A stretch of DNA of 63,641 nucleotides, the filler included, from Chiloscyllium plagiosum (lineage: Eukaryota), in assembly GCF_004010195.1 (NCBI RefSeq). It is 4 parts of one record of this genome, joined end to end, with 100 filler letters (N's around TTAATTAATTAA, not from the genome) between each part and the next. Parts side by side here need not be neighbours in the genome. Positions count along the whole stretch, not along the records: positions 46,873 to 58,611 come from NC_057710.1; positions 58,712 to 63,641 come from NC_057710.1; 2 more parts are not named here. One strand, 5' to 3'. The notes under the pieces are model-generated. The model ran no database searches, was not told where the DNA came from, and saw only the letters and a program-made list of their open reading frames with translations. Each line of letters begins with the position of its first letter. Within the stretch, counting starts at the first letter, position 1. Below are positions 51,891 through 61,652 of this stretch, in pieces. A program made the translations under genes and the position numbers.

Positions 51891-52129
51891 TAGGTCCATT
51901 CAGGGAGCTCTAGCTGACTTTTGAGAGCTGGACCAGTGTAAGGAGTCTGCACTTGTAAATGAAGGGGGACTTTGTCATGGAATACTGGCTTTTGTGGAGT
52001 TATTTCAAAGCAATAGCTTTAAATAGGATTGTTACAAACTTTGAGCAGTCTTTTTCCCAAGGGGTGGCAATAATTAAATCTGGATGAAATTGGAATCTCG
52101 ACAGAAATTTTTCTTTATAAATGTTTGTC

Positions 52130-53420
52130 CTAGAGAAGGAGAAAAACATGGCTTTCTTTTGGGAAATAAGGCAGGGCAAGTTACTGAAGCATTAGTAATG
52201 GAACATTTTGGGACTGGTCATCATAATTCCATTAGTTTTAAAATAGTTGTGGTAAAGGGGAAGCTTTCCATAAAAGTTGAAGTTTTTAAATTGGAGTAAG
52301 GCAAATTTTAATGGTATGAGACATGAGCTTTCAAAAGTTAATTGGAGTAGATTGTTCACAGGTAAAGGGACATATGGGCAGCATGGTGGCACAGTAGTTA
52401 GCACTGCTGCCTCACAGCGCCAGAGACCTGGGTTCAATTCCTGTCTGAAGCAACTGTCTATATGGAGTTTGCACATTCTCCCCGTGTCTGCGTGAGTCCC
52501 CTCCGGGTGCTCTGGTTTCCTCCCACAGTCCAAGAAAAAATGTGCAGGTTAGGTGAATTGGCCATGCTAAATTGCCCATAGTATAAGGTGAAGGGGTAAA
52601 TGTAGGGGAGTGGGTCTGGGTGGGTTGCTCTTCAGAGGGTCGATGTGGACTTGTTGGGCTGAAGGGCCTGTTTCCACACTCTAAGTAATCTAATCATACG
52701 GTAAGGAGGTGGATTTCCAACATATGATGACGAAAAGTCAGTCATTATTTTTCTGTTAGAGTGAAAGCTAATGCTGGTAGGATTAAGAACAATCGATGAT
52801 TAAAGACATTGAAGTTCTAGTCAAGTATAAAAAAAATCAAACGTTGGATATAGACACCTGGGTTCAAATGAATTTCTTGAACAATATAAAGAGTGTAGGG
52901 GCATTCTTAAGAGAGCGATCAGGAGGGCAAAAGGGGGGAATCATGAGAGAGCCTTGGTAGATTAGTTTAAGGATAATCCAAAGATATTCCAGAAGTACAT
53001 TAAGAGTAAAAGTACGTTAAGGGAGATTAGGGCCCCTTAAAGATCAACAAGGTCATTTTTGTGTTGACTATCAGGAGTTGGGAGAGATATTAAATAAATA
53101 TTTTACATCATTTCTTACTGTGGAGAAAGAAATGGAGGTGAGAGAATTCAGGAAGAGAAATACTTTGCAAACAGTTTACATTACAGAAGAGGAAGTGCTG
53201 GAGGTCTTAGAAAATATAAAAGGTGATCTCGCGTATCCAGGGAAGTGGGAAGGTAGGGAGGAAATTGTGTGGCCCCTTGCAAAACTTGGTCTTGTAACTA
53301 CATCTATAACTAAAGCCGAGGTATCAGATAACCAGAATGGCTAATACTCTGCTTTTGTTTCAGAAGGGATGTAAGGAGAAATCTGCAAACTTGTGAGTCT
53401 GACATCGGCAGTGTGTAAGC
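52130..53420 (+). mobile_element. Decayed CR1 ORF2, interrupted by a SINE
   Basis: LLGNKAGQVTE...EHFG, LNWSKANF, KDNPK and GEILNKYFTS motifs. Confidence 0.75.
52376..52696 (+). mobile_element. HE1-type V-SINE (near full length)
   Basis: A and B boxes, V-domain, and tail GGGCCTGTTTCCACACT + TAATC repeats. Confidence 0.9.
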
Positions 53421-53836
53421 TGCTGGAGGAGGTTCTGAAAGCTGCAGCCATGAGCGCAAGTTTCAGTGGTTAATTGCTTGCCTAGTGCCAGAGTTAAGGA
53501 CATCACTCAGGCTGGAGAGCCAATTGCAGCGAGGTTATGTTGTGCTCATTAACATCAATGTGGATGACATTGTTAGATCTTGAAAAGGAGGTTCTGCTGA
53601 AAAGGTTGTAACAATTTAAACTTTTTAAAAAATTGGAGCGAAGAACGGCTACCTTCCAGCTCAGTAGCTTCCTCATGACCTACCTGCCAATCTTCCTTCC
53701 CATGTATCTGCTCCACCCTCCTCTCTGACCTATCACCTTCATCACCATCTCCATCCACCTATTATACTTTTGGCTACCTTCTCCCCAGCCCCACCCCCCT
53801 GCCATTTATCTCTTCAACCCAGAGGCCCCCGCCTTC

Positions 53837-53872
53837 ATTCCTGATGAAGGGCTTTTGCCTGAAACGTCGATT
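53837..53872 (+). ncRNA. Minimal hammerhead motif, copy 1 of tandem pair
   Basis: CUGAUGA(53841)-A-GGGC(UUUU)GCCU-GAAA-CGUC|GA; predicted cut after 53868. Confidence 0.62.
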
Positions 53873-53989
53873 CTCTCTGACCTATTACCTTCATCCCCAC
53901 CTCCATTCATCTGTTGTACTTTTGGCTACCTTCTCCCCAGCCCCACCCCCCTGCCATTTATCTCTCCAACCCAGAGGCTCCCTGCCTTC

Positions 53990-54025
53990 ATTCCTGATGA
54001 AGGGCTTTTGCCTGAAACGTCGATT
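53990..54025 (+). ncRNA. Minimal hammerhead motif, copy 2 of tandem pair
   Basis: CUGAUGA(53994)-A-GGGC(UUUU)GCCU-GAAA-CGUC|GA; predicted cut after 54021. Confidence 0.62.
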
Positions 54026-54461
54026 TTCCTGCTCCTCAGGCATGATGCTGCCTGACCTGCTGTGTTTTTCCAGCATCACTCTAATCTGGACACAGGGTAA
54101 ATGATGTCAAGGCGTTAAGTGCAAGGCTTCCAGACTGTTATGGGAGGATTGGGTTTCAGATCATGGGGTCCTGACATCTATACTGGGGGAGAAGGGACAA
54201 GCAGCCTGGAAAATCAAACAGCTCAGGATGCAGCAAGGACTTTAAGCTAATTAGAGGAGAGATTGTTGAGGAGAGGGGAAAACAGTTTTGCAAATAAAAG
54301 GATATGGCGACACTGCAAGGCAACTATGTTGACAATGATTCCCAGAGTTGTCAGGAAAGGACAACATTTCTCCATTAACATAAACAGCAAGTAAGGGCAA
54401 AGGGATGCAAAAAGAAAAAAGGGCATAGTAACACTCTTAGAGTTAGACTTGAATGTAGTAC

Positions 54462-54677
54462 TTAAAGTTGCCATTGTCCTACCAGATTATAGGGCTGCTC
54501 TTTCACTAAAGAGAAATGTCAGGTAGTGGTTTAACTAGAGGATCACTGCGCCTCAGGTGAAGGGAGAGATCGAGAAGGAGAGTCCTTCAGGGGAACCAGT
54601 ATGGGAATTGAACCCAAGCTGATAGCATTACTTTGCATCAGCAAACAGCTGTCCAGCCATCTGAGCTAACCAACCCC
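54462..54677 (-). mobile_element. tRNA-derived SINE with a Meta/MESC-like domain
   Basis: On -: GGGGTTGGTTAGCTCAGATGG...GGGTTCAATTCCC head, then CCTGAGGCGCAGTGATCCTCTAGTTAAACCACTACC. Confidence 0.55.
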
Positions 54678-54761
54678 TTCTAAGCTGTAAAAAATACATC
54701 ATTTAACCTTACAATGTAATACAATGAGTGAGGAATCACTGGATGTGCTTTTAAACAATAT

Positions 54762-55005
54762 AAGTGTTCTGGCCAATGTTACTCCTCCAATCAATACAAG
54801 AAGCCATGGTGTGGAGATGCCAGTCAGGTGACAAAGGAGCAGTGTTCCGAAAGCTTGTGATTTCAAATAAACCTGTTGGACTATAACCCAAAAACAGAAA
54901 AACATCCATTTATCTCATTTACAGTTTATTGAATTTTGCAAACTAACTGCTGTATTCGTCACCAATGACTGGCTTTCAAAAGTAATTCATCTCTTGTGAA
55001 GCACT
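54762..55005 (+). mobile_element. Decayed Deu-domain-like SINE interrupted by a family D fragment
   Basis: GTGTTCTGGCCAAT...ATTTATCTCATT...TTCAAAAGTAATTCAT...TGTGAAGCACTT resembles the DeuSINE core and tail as I recall it. Confidence 0.4.
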
Positions 55006-55075
55006 TAAAGATGGGCTGTGGGGGATGGCAAGGCATTACATGAAAGATTTTTCTTTTTCTTTGTCACTTCTGAGT

Positions 55076-55488
55076 AAAAACAATGACTGCAGATGCTGGA
55101 AACCAGATCTAGATTAGAGAGGTGCTGGAAAAGGTGGAGAGGTGGGCGGCACGGTGGCACAGTGGTTAGCACTGCTGCCTCACAGCGCCAGAGACCCGGG
55201 TTCAATTCCTGCCTCAGGCGACTGACTGTGTGGAGTTTGCATGTTCTCCCCGTGTCTGCGTGGGTTTCCTCCGGGTGCTCCGGTTTCCTCCCACAGTCCA
55301 AAGATGTGCAGGTCAGGTGAATTGGCCAGGCTAAATTGCCCGTAGTGTTAGGTAAGGGATAAATGTAGGGGTATGGGTGGGTTGCGCTTCGGCGGGTTGG
55401 TGTGGACTTGTTGGGCCGAAGGGCCGAAGAGCAGCTCCTTGGATGCTGCCTGAACTGCTGTGTTTTTCCAGCACCGCTCTAATCTAGA
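55076..55488. mobile_element. PLE-A fold-back ends enclosing an HE1 V-SINE (55144-55428), with 17-bp TSD
   Basis: TSD CTTTGTCAC(T/A)TCTGAGT at 55059-75 and 55489-505; near-consensus SINE inside. Confidence 0.8.
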
Positions 55489-56039
55489 CTTTGTCACATC
55501 TGAGTCAATTTAGCCTCAAAATAATCCAACACAACTCTCATCCAAGCAGGGATATTACCACTTAGGAGGGCAATTATCAAACATTAGGTAAACAGAACAG
55601 TAGGTGACAAAAAGCTATAAAATTTCATAGAAAAAATTATGACTTCATTGAAACTGTCGTTTCACTGGTTGAAGAACAAAAATTCAACAGCAGCTCTTTA
55701 CAAATCTTTTATATCTTTTCTGAAAGATATAAAATTCATCATTCTAGACAGTGATTGAGATGTTTTGCAAAAAAAAGGAAATAGTGAACAGAAAATTGGC
55801 ATTAACTTCTCAGAGTCGGGAAATGAGTGAATGATCTAACCAGGGAAATTAGAAGATTAATACTGAATAGGAGACAAAGGCAGAAAAGAAGGTTGAAATC
55901 AATAAAATGATAAAGAACCTGTGCAAAAAAAGAACAAAAGGAATACTTCAGTTGCTGTAAACCAAAGAGAAAACCAGGAATGTTGAAAACGTACCGTAGT
56001 TCAAGCAGCATCTGTAAAAGAGATAAATCCAGCCATCGA

Positions 56040-56865
56040 CTCAGAGCACAGAAACAGACCCTTCTACCCAATTCATTCACACCAACCAGGTTCCTAAATT
56101 GAACCAATCCCATTTTACTGCAGTTCATCCATATCCTTCTAAGCCTTTCCTATTCACATACCTGCCCAAATGATTTTTAAATGTTGTAATTGTACCCACC
56201 TCTACCACTTCCTCTGGCAGCTCATTCCATACATGCATCACCCTCTGTGTGAAAATAAAGCCTCCCAAGTCCCTTGTAAATCTTTCCCATCTCACCTTAA
56301 ACCTACACCCTTCAGTTTTGGGCTTCCCGACCATAGGGAAAAGACTTTGGCTATTCACCTTATCTCTGACCTTCATGATTTTATAAACCTCAATAAAGTC
56401 TTCCCTCAGCCTCCTACACTGCAGAGGAAGAAAGTCCTAGCCTCTCCATATAAGTGAAACCTCCCAGTCTCCATAACGTCCTTGTAATTGTTTCTTGCAC
56501 CCTTTCCAGCATCATAGCATCCATCCGATGGTGACCGGAATTGAATGCAGCACTCCAAATAGTGGCCTTACCAATGCCTTTTACAGCTGTAACATGATGT
56601 CCCAATGTCTGTCCTCAATGCTCTGACTGATAAAGGCAAGAATGCCTTCACCACCCTGTCTACCGATGACACCACTTTCAAGGAACTATGTAACTGCACC
56701 CCTAAGTTTCTCTGTTCAACAATACTCTCCAGAGCCCTACTATTAATAGTGCAAGTCCTGCCCTAGTTTGTCTTACAAAATGCAACACCTCACATTTATC
56801 TGAATTAAACTCCATCTGTCATTCATCAGTTAATCAAGATCCTGTTGTACTCTTAGGTAATCTTC
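56040..56865 (-). mobile_element. CR1/HER1 3' region
   Basis: ORFs 56125-56376 and 56414-56605 contain FTQRVMHVWNELPEEVVE and related CR1 motifs. Confidence 0.85.
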
Positions 56866-57441
56866 TTCATAATAGTTCAGGTTCCTGACATTGACAGATG
56901 TTTGACAAACAGAATGACGTGTTATCAGAGTTTTCTGATTTATGCTCATCAGGTCCCAAGACAAGAATGACAAATTTCAAATGATCACTCAAACTTCAAA
57001 CACTGTTCTGGAACAAACTGATATCCAGGAAATGCCATATTTTGCAAACGTGACACATCACCTTCCTATAAACCTTAATGTGTTGTAAGGGATTACATGA
57101 TTAGAACATTCAACATTGTATTTAGTTTTGTTACATATGTTTTATTATTCTTACCACCAGCTATTACATTATTATGAACATTAGGAAAAGAATAAACTTT
57201 AATCATTTCCCAGACACTCTCTACTTAACCTCTTACTTGTCCTGCAGAAGTGTAAGAATCAATTCCTGGAGGTTGAAAAGATCTAACCAAAAGCAACAAA
57301 ACAGATCTCTCCCATCCTCTGGTTAACTAGCTAAGTCACTTATCTCTCTAGAATAAGTCACAGTCAAGTGCTCAGTTACACGAAATTGTCTAGTTTTTAT
57401 GCTCCTAAAACAAAAGGCCTAACTGACTCATTTAATGAGCA

Positions 57442-57540
57442 GAAAATGTGTTGCTGGAAAAGCGCAGCAGGTCAGACAGCATCCCAGGAACAGGAGAATC
57501 GACGTTTCGGGCATAAGCCCTTCTTCAGGAACTCTTTCTC
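57442..57540 (-). mobile_element. 99-bp PLE family A mini-insertion with 15-bp TSD
   Basis: TSD CTCATTTAATGAGCA at 57427-41 and 57541-55. Confidence 0.85.
57497..57532 (-). ncRNA. Minimal hammerhead ribozyme motif (family A), core fully intact
   Basis: CUGAAGA-A-GGGC(UUAU)GCCC-GAAA-CGUC|GA, core 57501-57528. Confidence 0.68.
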
Positions 57541-58611
57541 CTCATTTAATGAGCATCCAGTTTCAGCTGCTTTTCAATTCAGATACTCTTTTATTTGTTC
57601 TCCTAAAAACAATCTGTCATTATACAGTTCTGGAGCAGGTCGGACTTGAACTCAGTGGTCGGGATATACCACTGCACCAAAAGGGCCCTTCAGATGCTTT
57701 TTTTATTGGAACATTTGAAAAATCCCTGCTTAAGACTAGCAACTATCAAAACTAAACTGTGGGTTTCAGTTTAATACCAGCTAGAAGCTACAAACTAAAT
57801 TGGATTTGTGCAAAAGAATAATTCAACCTCTTTACTTGACAACTGCAAGAAGCAATTCAAACAGAATAATCATGAAACCCACTTGGAAAAACAGGCAGGT
57901 GTTTTCTCTGAAACTAAGTCCAGTAACCAGGGCCCGCAATTATTGAGAACTACATGCTTTCCATGAAATGTTTTATTCAATTGATGTTCCAATGGTCAGA
58001 ACCTTATAGGGGTCTGAATTAACAAATGATGGAATTAATGTTTATTAAACTCCTGGTTAAGTAAAGAACTCACCTCATCAATATTAAGCCTCACATCTTA
58101 ACAAACTCACCAAAGAATCTGTACATTGGGAAAACACAACAGGGGAACCAGAGGAAGGTCATGGCAAATTAAAGTCATTGTTTTTTCCAAAGTACCCCTG
58201 CTTTGGGAACAAGGCAACAAGATTTCCATGGGCACATGCCGCATTCACCCCAAATCTACTGGCATCTGACATATGCCAACCTTTAAGAATCCTCATGGCA
58301 CAGCTGCAATCCATCTATAGGATACTTCAATGCTGCAACCTGACATGCAGCAGCAGTTCTCATTGTAATACATGGGCACTGTGTGCTCAGAAACATGTTA
58401 CCCAGCCCATAGACATACATCGTATCATCCATCATCATTTCCGCCACCTCCAAACAGACCCCACCACCAAGGATATATTTCCCTCTCCTCCCCTATCAGC
58501 ATTCCAGAAAGACGACTCCCTGCGCGACTCCCTCATCAGGCCCACACCCCCCACCAATCCAACCTCCACTCCCGGCACCTTCCCCTGCAACCGCAAGAAA
58601 TGCAAAACTTG

Positions 58612-58711
58612 NNNNNNNNNNNNNNNNNNNNNNNNNNNNNNNNNNNNNNNNNNNNTTAATTAATTAANNNNNNNNNNNNNNNNNNNNNNNNNNNNNNNNN
58701 NNNNNNNNNNN
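58612..58711. other. Scaffold gap spacer
   Basis: 44 N + TTAATTAATTAA + 44 N. Confidence 0.95.
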
Positions 58712-59132
58712 ACACCTCTGGGACACCCGGACCAACCAACCCAACCACTCCATGGCTCAACACTTCAACTCCCCCTCCCACTCCACCAAGGACATGCAGG
58801 TCCTTGGAATCCTCCATCGCCAGACCATAGCAACAGACCATAGCTTGAGGAAGAGCGCCTCATCTTCCGCCTAGGAACCCTCCAACCACAAGGGATGAAC
58901 TCAGATTTCTCCAGTTTCCTCATTTCCCCTCCCCCCACCTTGTCTCAGTCAAATCCCTCGAACTCAGCACCGCCTTCCTAACCTGCAATCTTCTTCCTGA
59001 CCTCTCCGCCCCCACCCCACTCCGGCCTATCACCCTCACCTTAACCTCCTTCCATATATCGCATTTCCAACTCCCCTCCCCCAAGTCCCTCCTCCCTACC
59101 TCTTATCTTAGCCTGCTTGGCACACTTTCTTC

Positions 59133-59168
59133 ATTCCTGAAGAAGGGCTCATGCCCGAAACGTTGATT
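59133..59168 (+). ncRNA. Minimal hammerhead motif (family A) downstream of the GIY-YIG coding region
   Basis: CUGAAGA(59137)-A-GGGC(UCAU)GCCC-GAAA-CGUU|GAUU. Confidence 0.65.
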
Positions 59169-59262
59169 CTCCTGCTCCTTGGATGCTGCCTGACCTGCTG
59201 TGCTTTTCCAGCAACACATTTTCAGCTCTGATCTCCAGCATCTGCAGTCATCATTGTTTTCC

Positions 59263-60277
59263 CATAGAAGACAGAGGGTGGTAGTAGATGGAAAGTATTC
59301 AGCCTGGAGCTTGGTGATCAGTGGTGTTCCACAGGGATCTGTTCTGGGACCTCTGCTCTTTCTAATTTTTATAATTGACTTGCATGAGGAAGTGGAAGGA
59401 TGGGTTAGTAAGTTTGCCAAAGGATTGGTGGAATTGTAGATCATGTGGAGGACTGTTGTAGATTGCAATGGGACATCGACAAGATGCAGAGCTGGGCTGA
59501 GAAGTGGCAGTTAGATTTCAACCTGGAAAAGTGTGAAATGATTCATTTTGAAAGGTTGGATTTGAATGCAGATTACAGGGTTAGAGGCAGGAGTTTTAGC
59601 AGTTGAGAGGAACAGAGGGATCTTGGAGTCCTTGTCCATAGATCCTTCAAAGTTGATCCTAAGTTGTCAACAAGGCATATAGTGTGTTGGCTTTCATTAC
59701 AGGAGGGTTGAGTTTAAGAGCTGTGAGGTTATGATGCAGCTCTCTCGAGCTCTGATTAGACCACACTTGGAATATTGTGTTCAGTTCTAGTTGCTTCATT
59801 ATAGGAAGGATGTGAAAGCTTTAGAGAGGGTGCAGAGGACATTTACCAGGATGCTGCTTGGACTGGAGGGCATGTCTTATGAAGAAAGGTTGAGGGAGCT
59901 AGTGCTTTTCTCACTGGAGCAAAGAAGAGTGAGAGCCACTTGATAGAGGTGTACAAGATGTGAGAGGCATAGATAGAGTGGATAGCCAGAGACTTTTTCC
60001 AAGACTGGAAATGTCTGTCATGAGGGGGCATGATTTGGAGCAAGGTTCAGGCGAGATGTCAGAAGTCGGTTCTTTACACAGAGAGTGGTGGGTGCATGGA
60101 ATGCCAACAGTGGTATTACAGTCAGATACATTAGAGACATTTAAGTGATTCTTGGATAGGCACATGGATGATGGTAAAATGTGACGGATGTAGGTTAGTC
60201 TGTTCTTAGAGTGGAATAAAAGGTCAGCATAACATCAAGTGCTGAAGAGTCTGGACTGTACTGTACTGTTCTATGTT
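59263..60277 (+). mobile_element. CR1/HER1 3' ~1 kb
   Basis: RRQRVVVDG...SGVPQGSVLGPLLFLIFI (RT motif) through the 3' UTR. Confidence 0.9.
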
Positions 60278-60281
60278 AGTT

Positions 60282-60568
60282 TTAGATTAGATTAGATTAG
60301 ATTCCCTACAGTATGGAAACAGGCTCTTCGGCCCAACAAGTCTACATCAACCCTCGAAAGAGTAACTCACCCCAGACCCATTCCCCTACATTTACTTCTG
60401 ACTAATGCACCCTACACTATGGGCAATTTAGCATGGCCAATCCACCTAACCTGAGCATCTTTAGAGTGTGGGAGGAAACCGGAGCACCTGGAGGAAACCC
60501 AAGCAGACACAGGGAGAATGTGCATACTCCACACAGACAGTCATCCAAGGCTGGGTCTCTGGCGCTGT
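60282..60568 (-). mobile_element. HE1-type V-SINE with (GATTA)n tail
   Basis: Reverse-complement V-domain and TAATC-repeat tail. Confidence 0.85.
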
Positions 60569-61391
60569 GTTCTATCTCCTGACTGCAAGCAGCCCAAGCA
60601 GATGACTGACTGGTGTCTAGCCCTCAGACTGTGGCCAGGGCTAATGACAGTGGAACCCCCTGAAAGACAGTGCCCTCCATTTTGACTGGACTGAAGAAGA
60701 GCCTGCACTCAGTTTCCAACATAGTTGTTTGGCTGTACAGTGTGTGCAGTGTGTTTACTACACAGACCCATGGCACATGCTGCAGCTGTTAGATTGATGC
60801 CTGGGTGTGCTGCTTACAAAGACTATTCCCTACCCACAACCTGAAGAGTTCCTAAGGAACAAGCAGCCTAGCTGCAACAAAAATGACCTCAAAGGTTAGC
60901 AGCAAGTGTTTGGATATCACTGAAGCACCAAAGTGCTAACATAGCATTGACTCTGTGAGCATGCAGTTAGGGACCAAGAGAGCAGGGACTAATGGAGCAA
61001 GTGACCAGCCCTGAGGAGCAACTTAGTTCAGCCTATGAGCTGGGAGCCTCCCTGTCTGCACAAAGTGTCCCTTACAATTCTGGTTTCTGGAGTCCCCTTT
61101 AGTGGAAGTCTGTGCATTCTGCAAGTAGATCAGATCGCAATATCATGATCGTGAGGAGTTGGACATCAGTGCCTGTGCAAAGTTGGGTGCCCGAGGGTTG
61201 TGTCCTGGGATACTATTTGCTGCTGAATAATATGGAAGGTTCTCAGAGATAGAGGTGAGCTGAAGTCACCCACACTGACGTCTGTCAAGAATTTTGTCTG
61301 TCTAGCTTGTTTTGGAGATATTGAAGTTGCATATTAATGAGGTGAGTTGTGGTGTTAATAAGGCATTTAACAAGCTATAATCCCCTTCAAC

Positions 61392-61652
61392 TGTCTCAGG
61401 CAACTGACTGTGTAGAGTTTGCACATTCTCCCCGTGTCCGCGTGGGTTTCCTCCGGATGCTCCGGTTTCCTCCCACAGTCCAAAGATGTGCAGGTCAGGT
61501 GAATTGGCCATGTTAAATTGCCTGTAGTGTTAGGTAAGGGGTAAATGTTGGGGTATGGGTTGGTTGTGCTTCGGCGGGTCAGTGTGGACTTGTTGGGCCA
61601 AAGGGCCTGTTTCCACACTGTAATGTAATGTAATGTAATCTAATCTAATCTA
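61392..61652 (+). mobile_element. 5'-truncated HE1-type V-SINE
   Basis: V-domain plus tail ending (TAATG)n(TAATC)n. Confidence 0.85.

Larger units (their letters stand above)
53650..54090 (+). mobile_element. PLE family A terminus with an internal ~152-bp tandem duplication
   Basis: The unit beginning CTCTCTGACCTAT recurs at 53721 and 53873; each unit ends in a hammerhead core. Confidence 0.85.
58415..59262 (+). mobile_element. PLE family A (Neptune-like, inferred) 3' part spanning gap 3
   Basis: HFRHLQTDPTTKDIFPSPPLSAF...PGTFPCNRKKCKT (Cys-rich linker), gap, then AQHFNSPSHSTKDMQVLG...EEERLIFRLGTLQPQGMN and the terminus. Confidence 0.88.

Noticed and set aside
55144..55215. tRNA-like sequences with A and B boxes (also 8381, 37875, 52376, 54600-677)
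   Set aside because: They are SINE heads continuing into SINE bodies; no complete cloverleaf or terminator.
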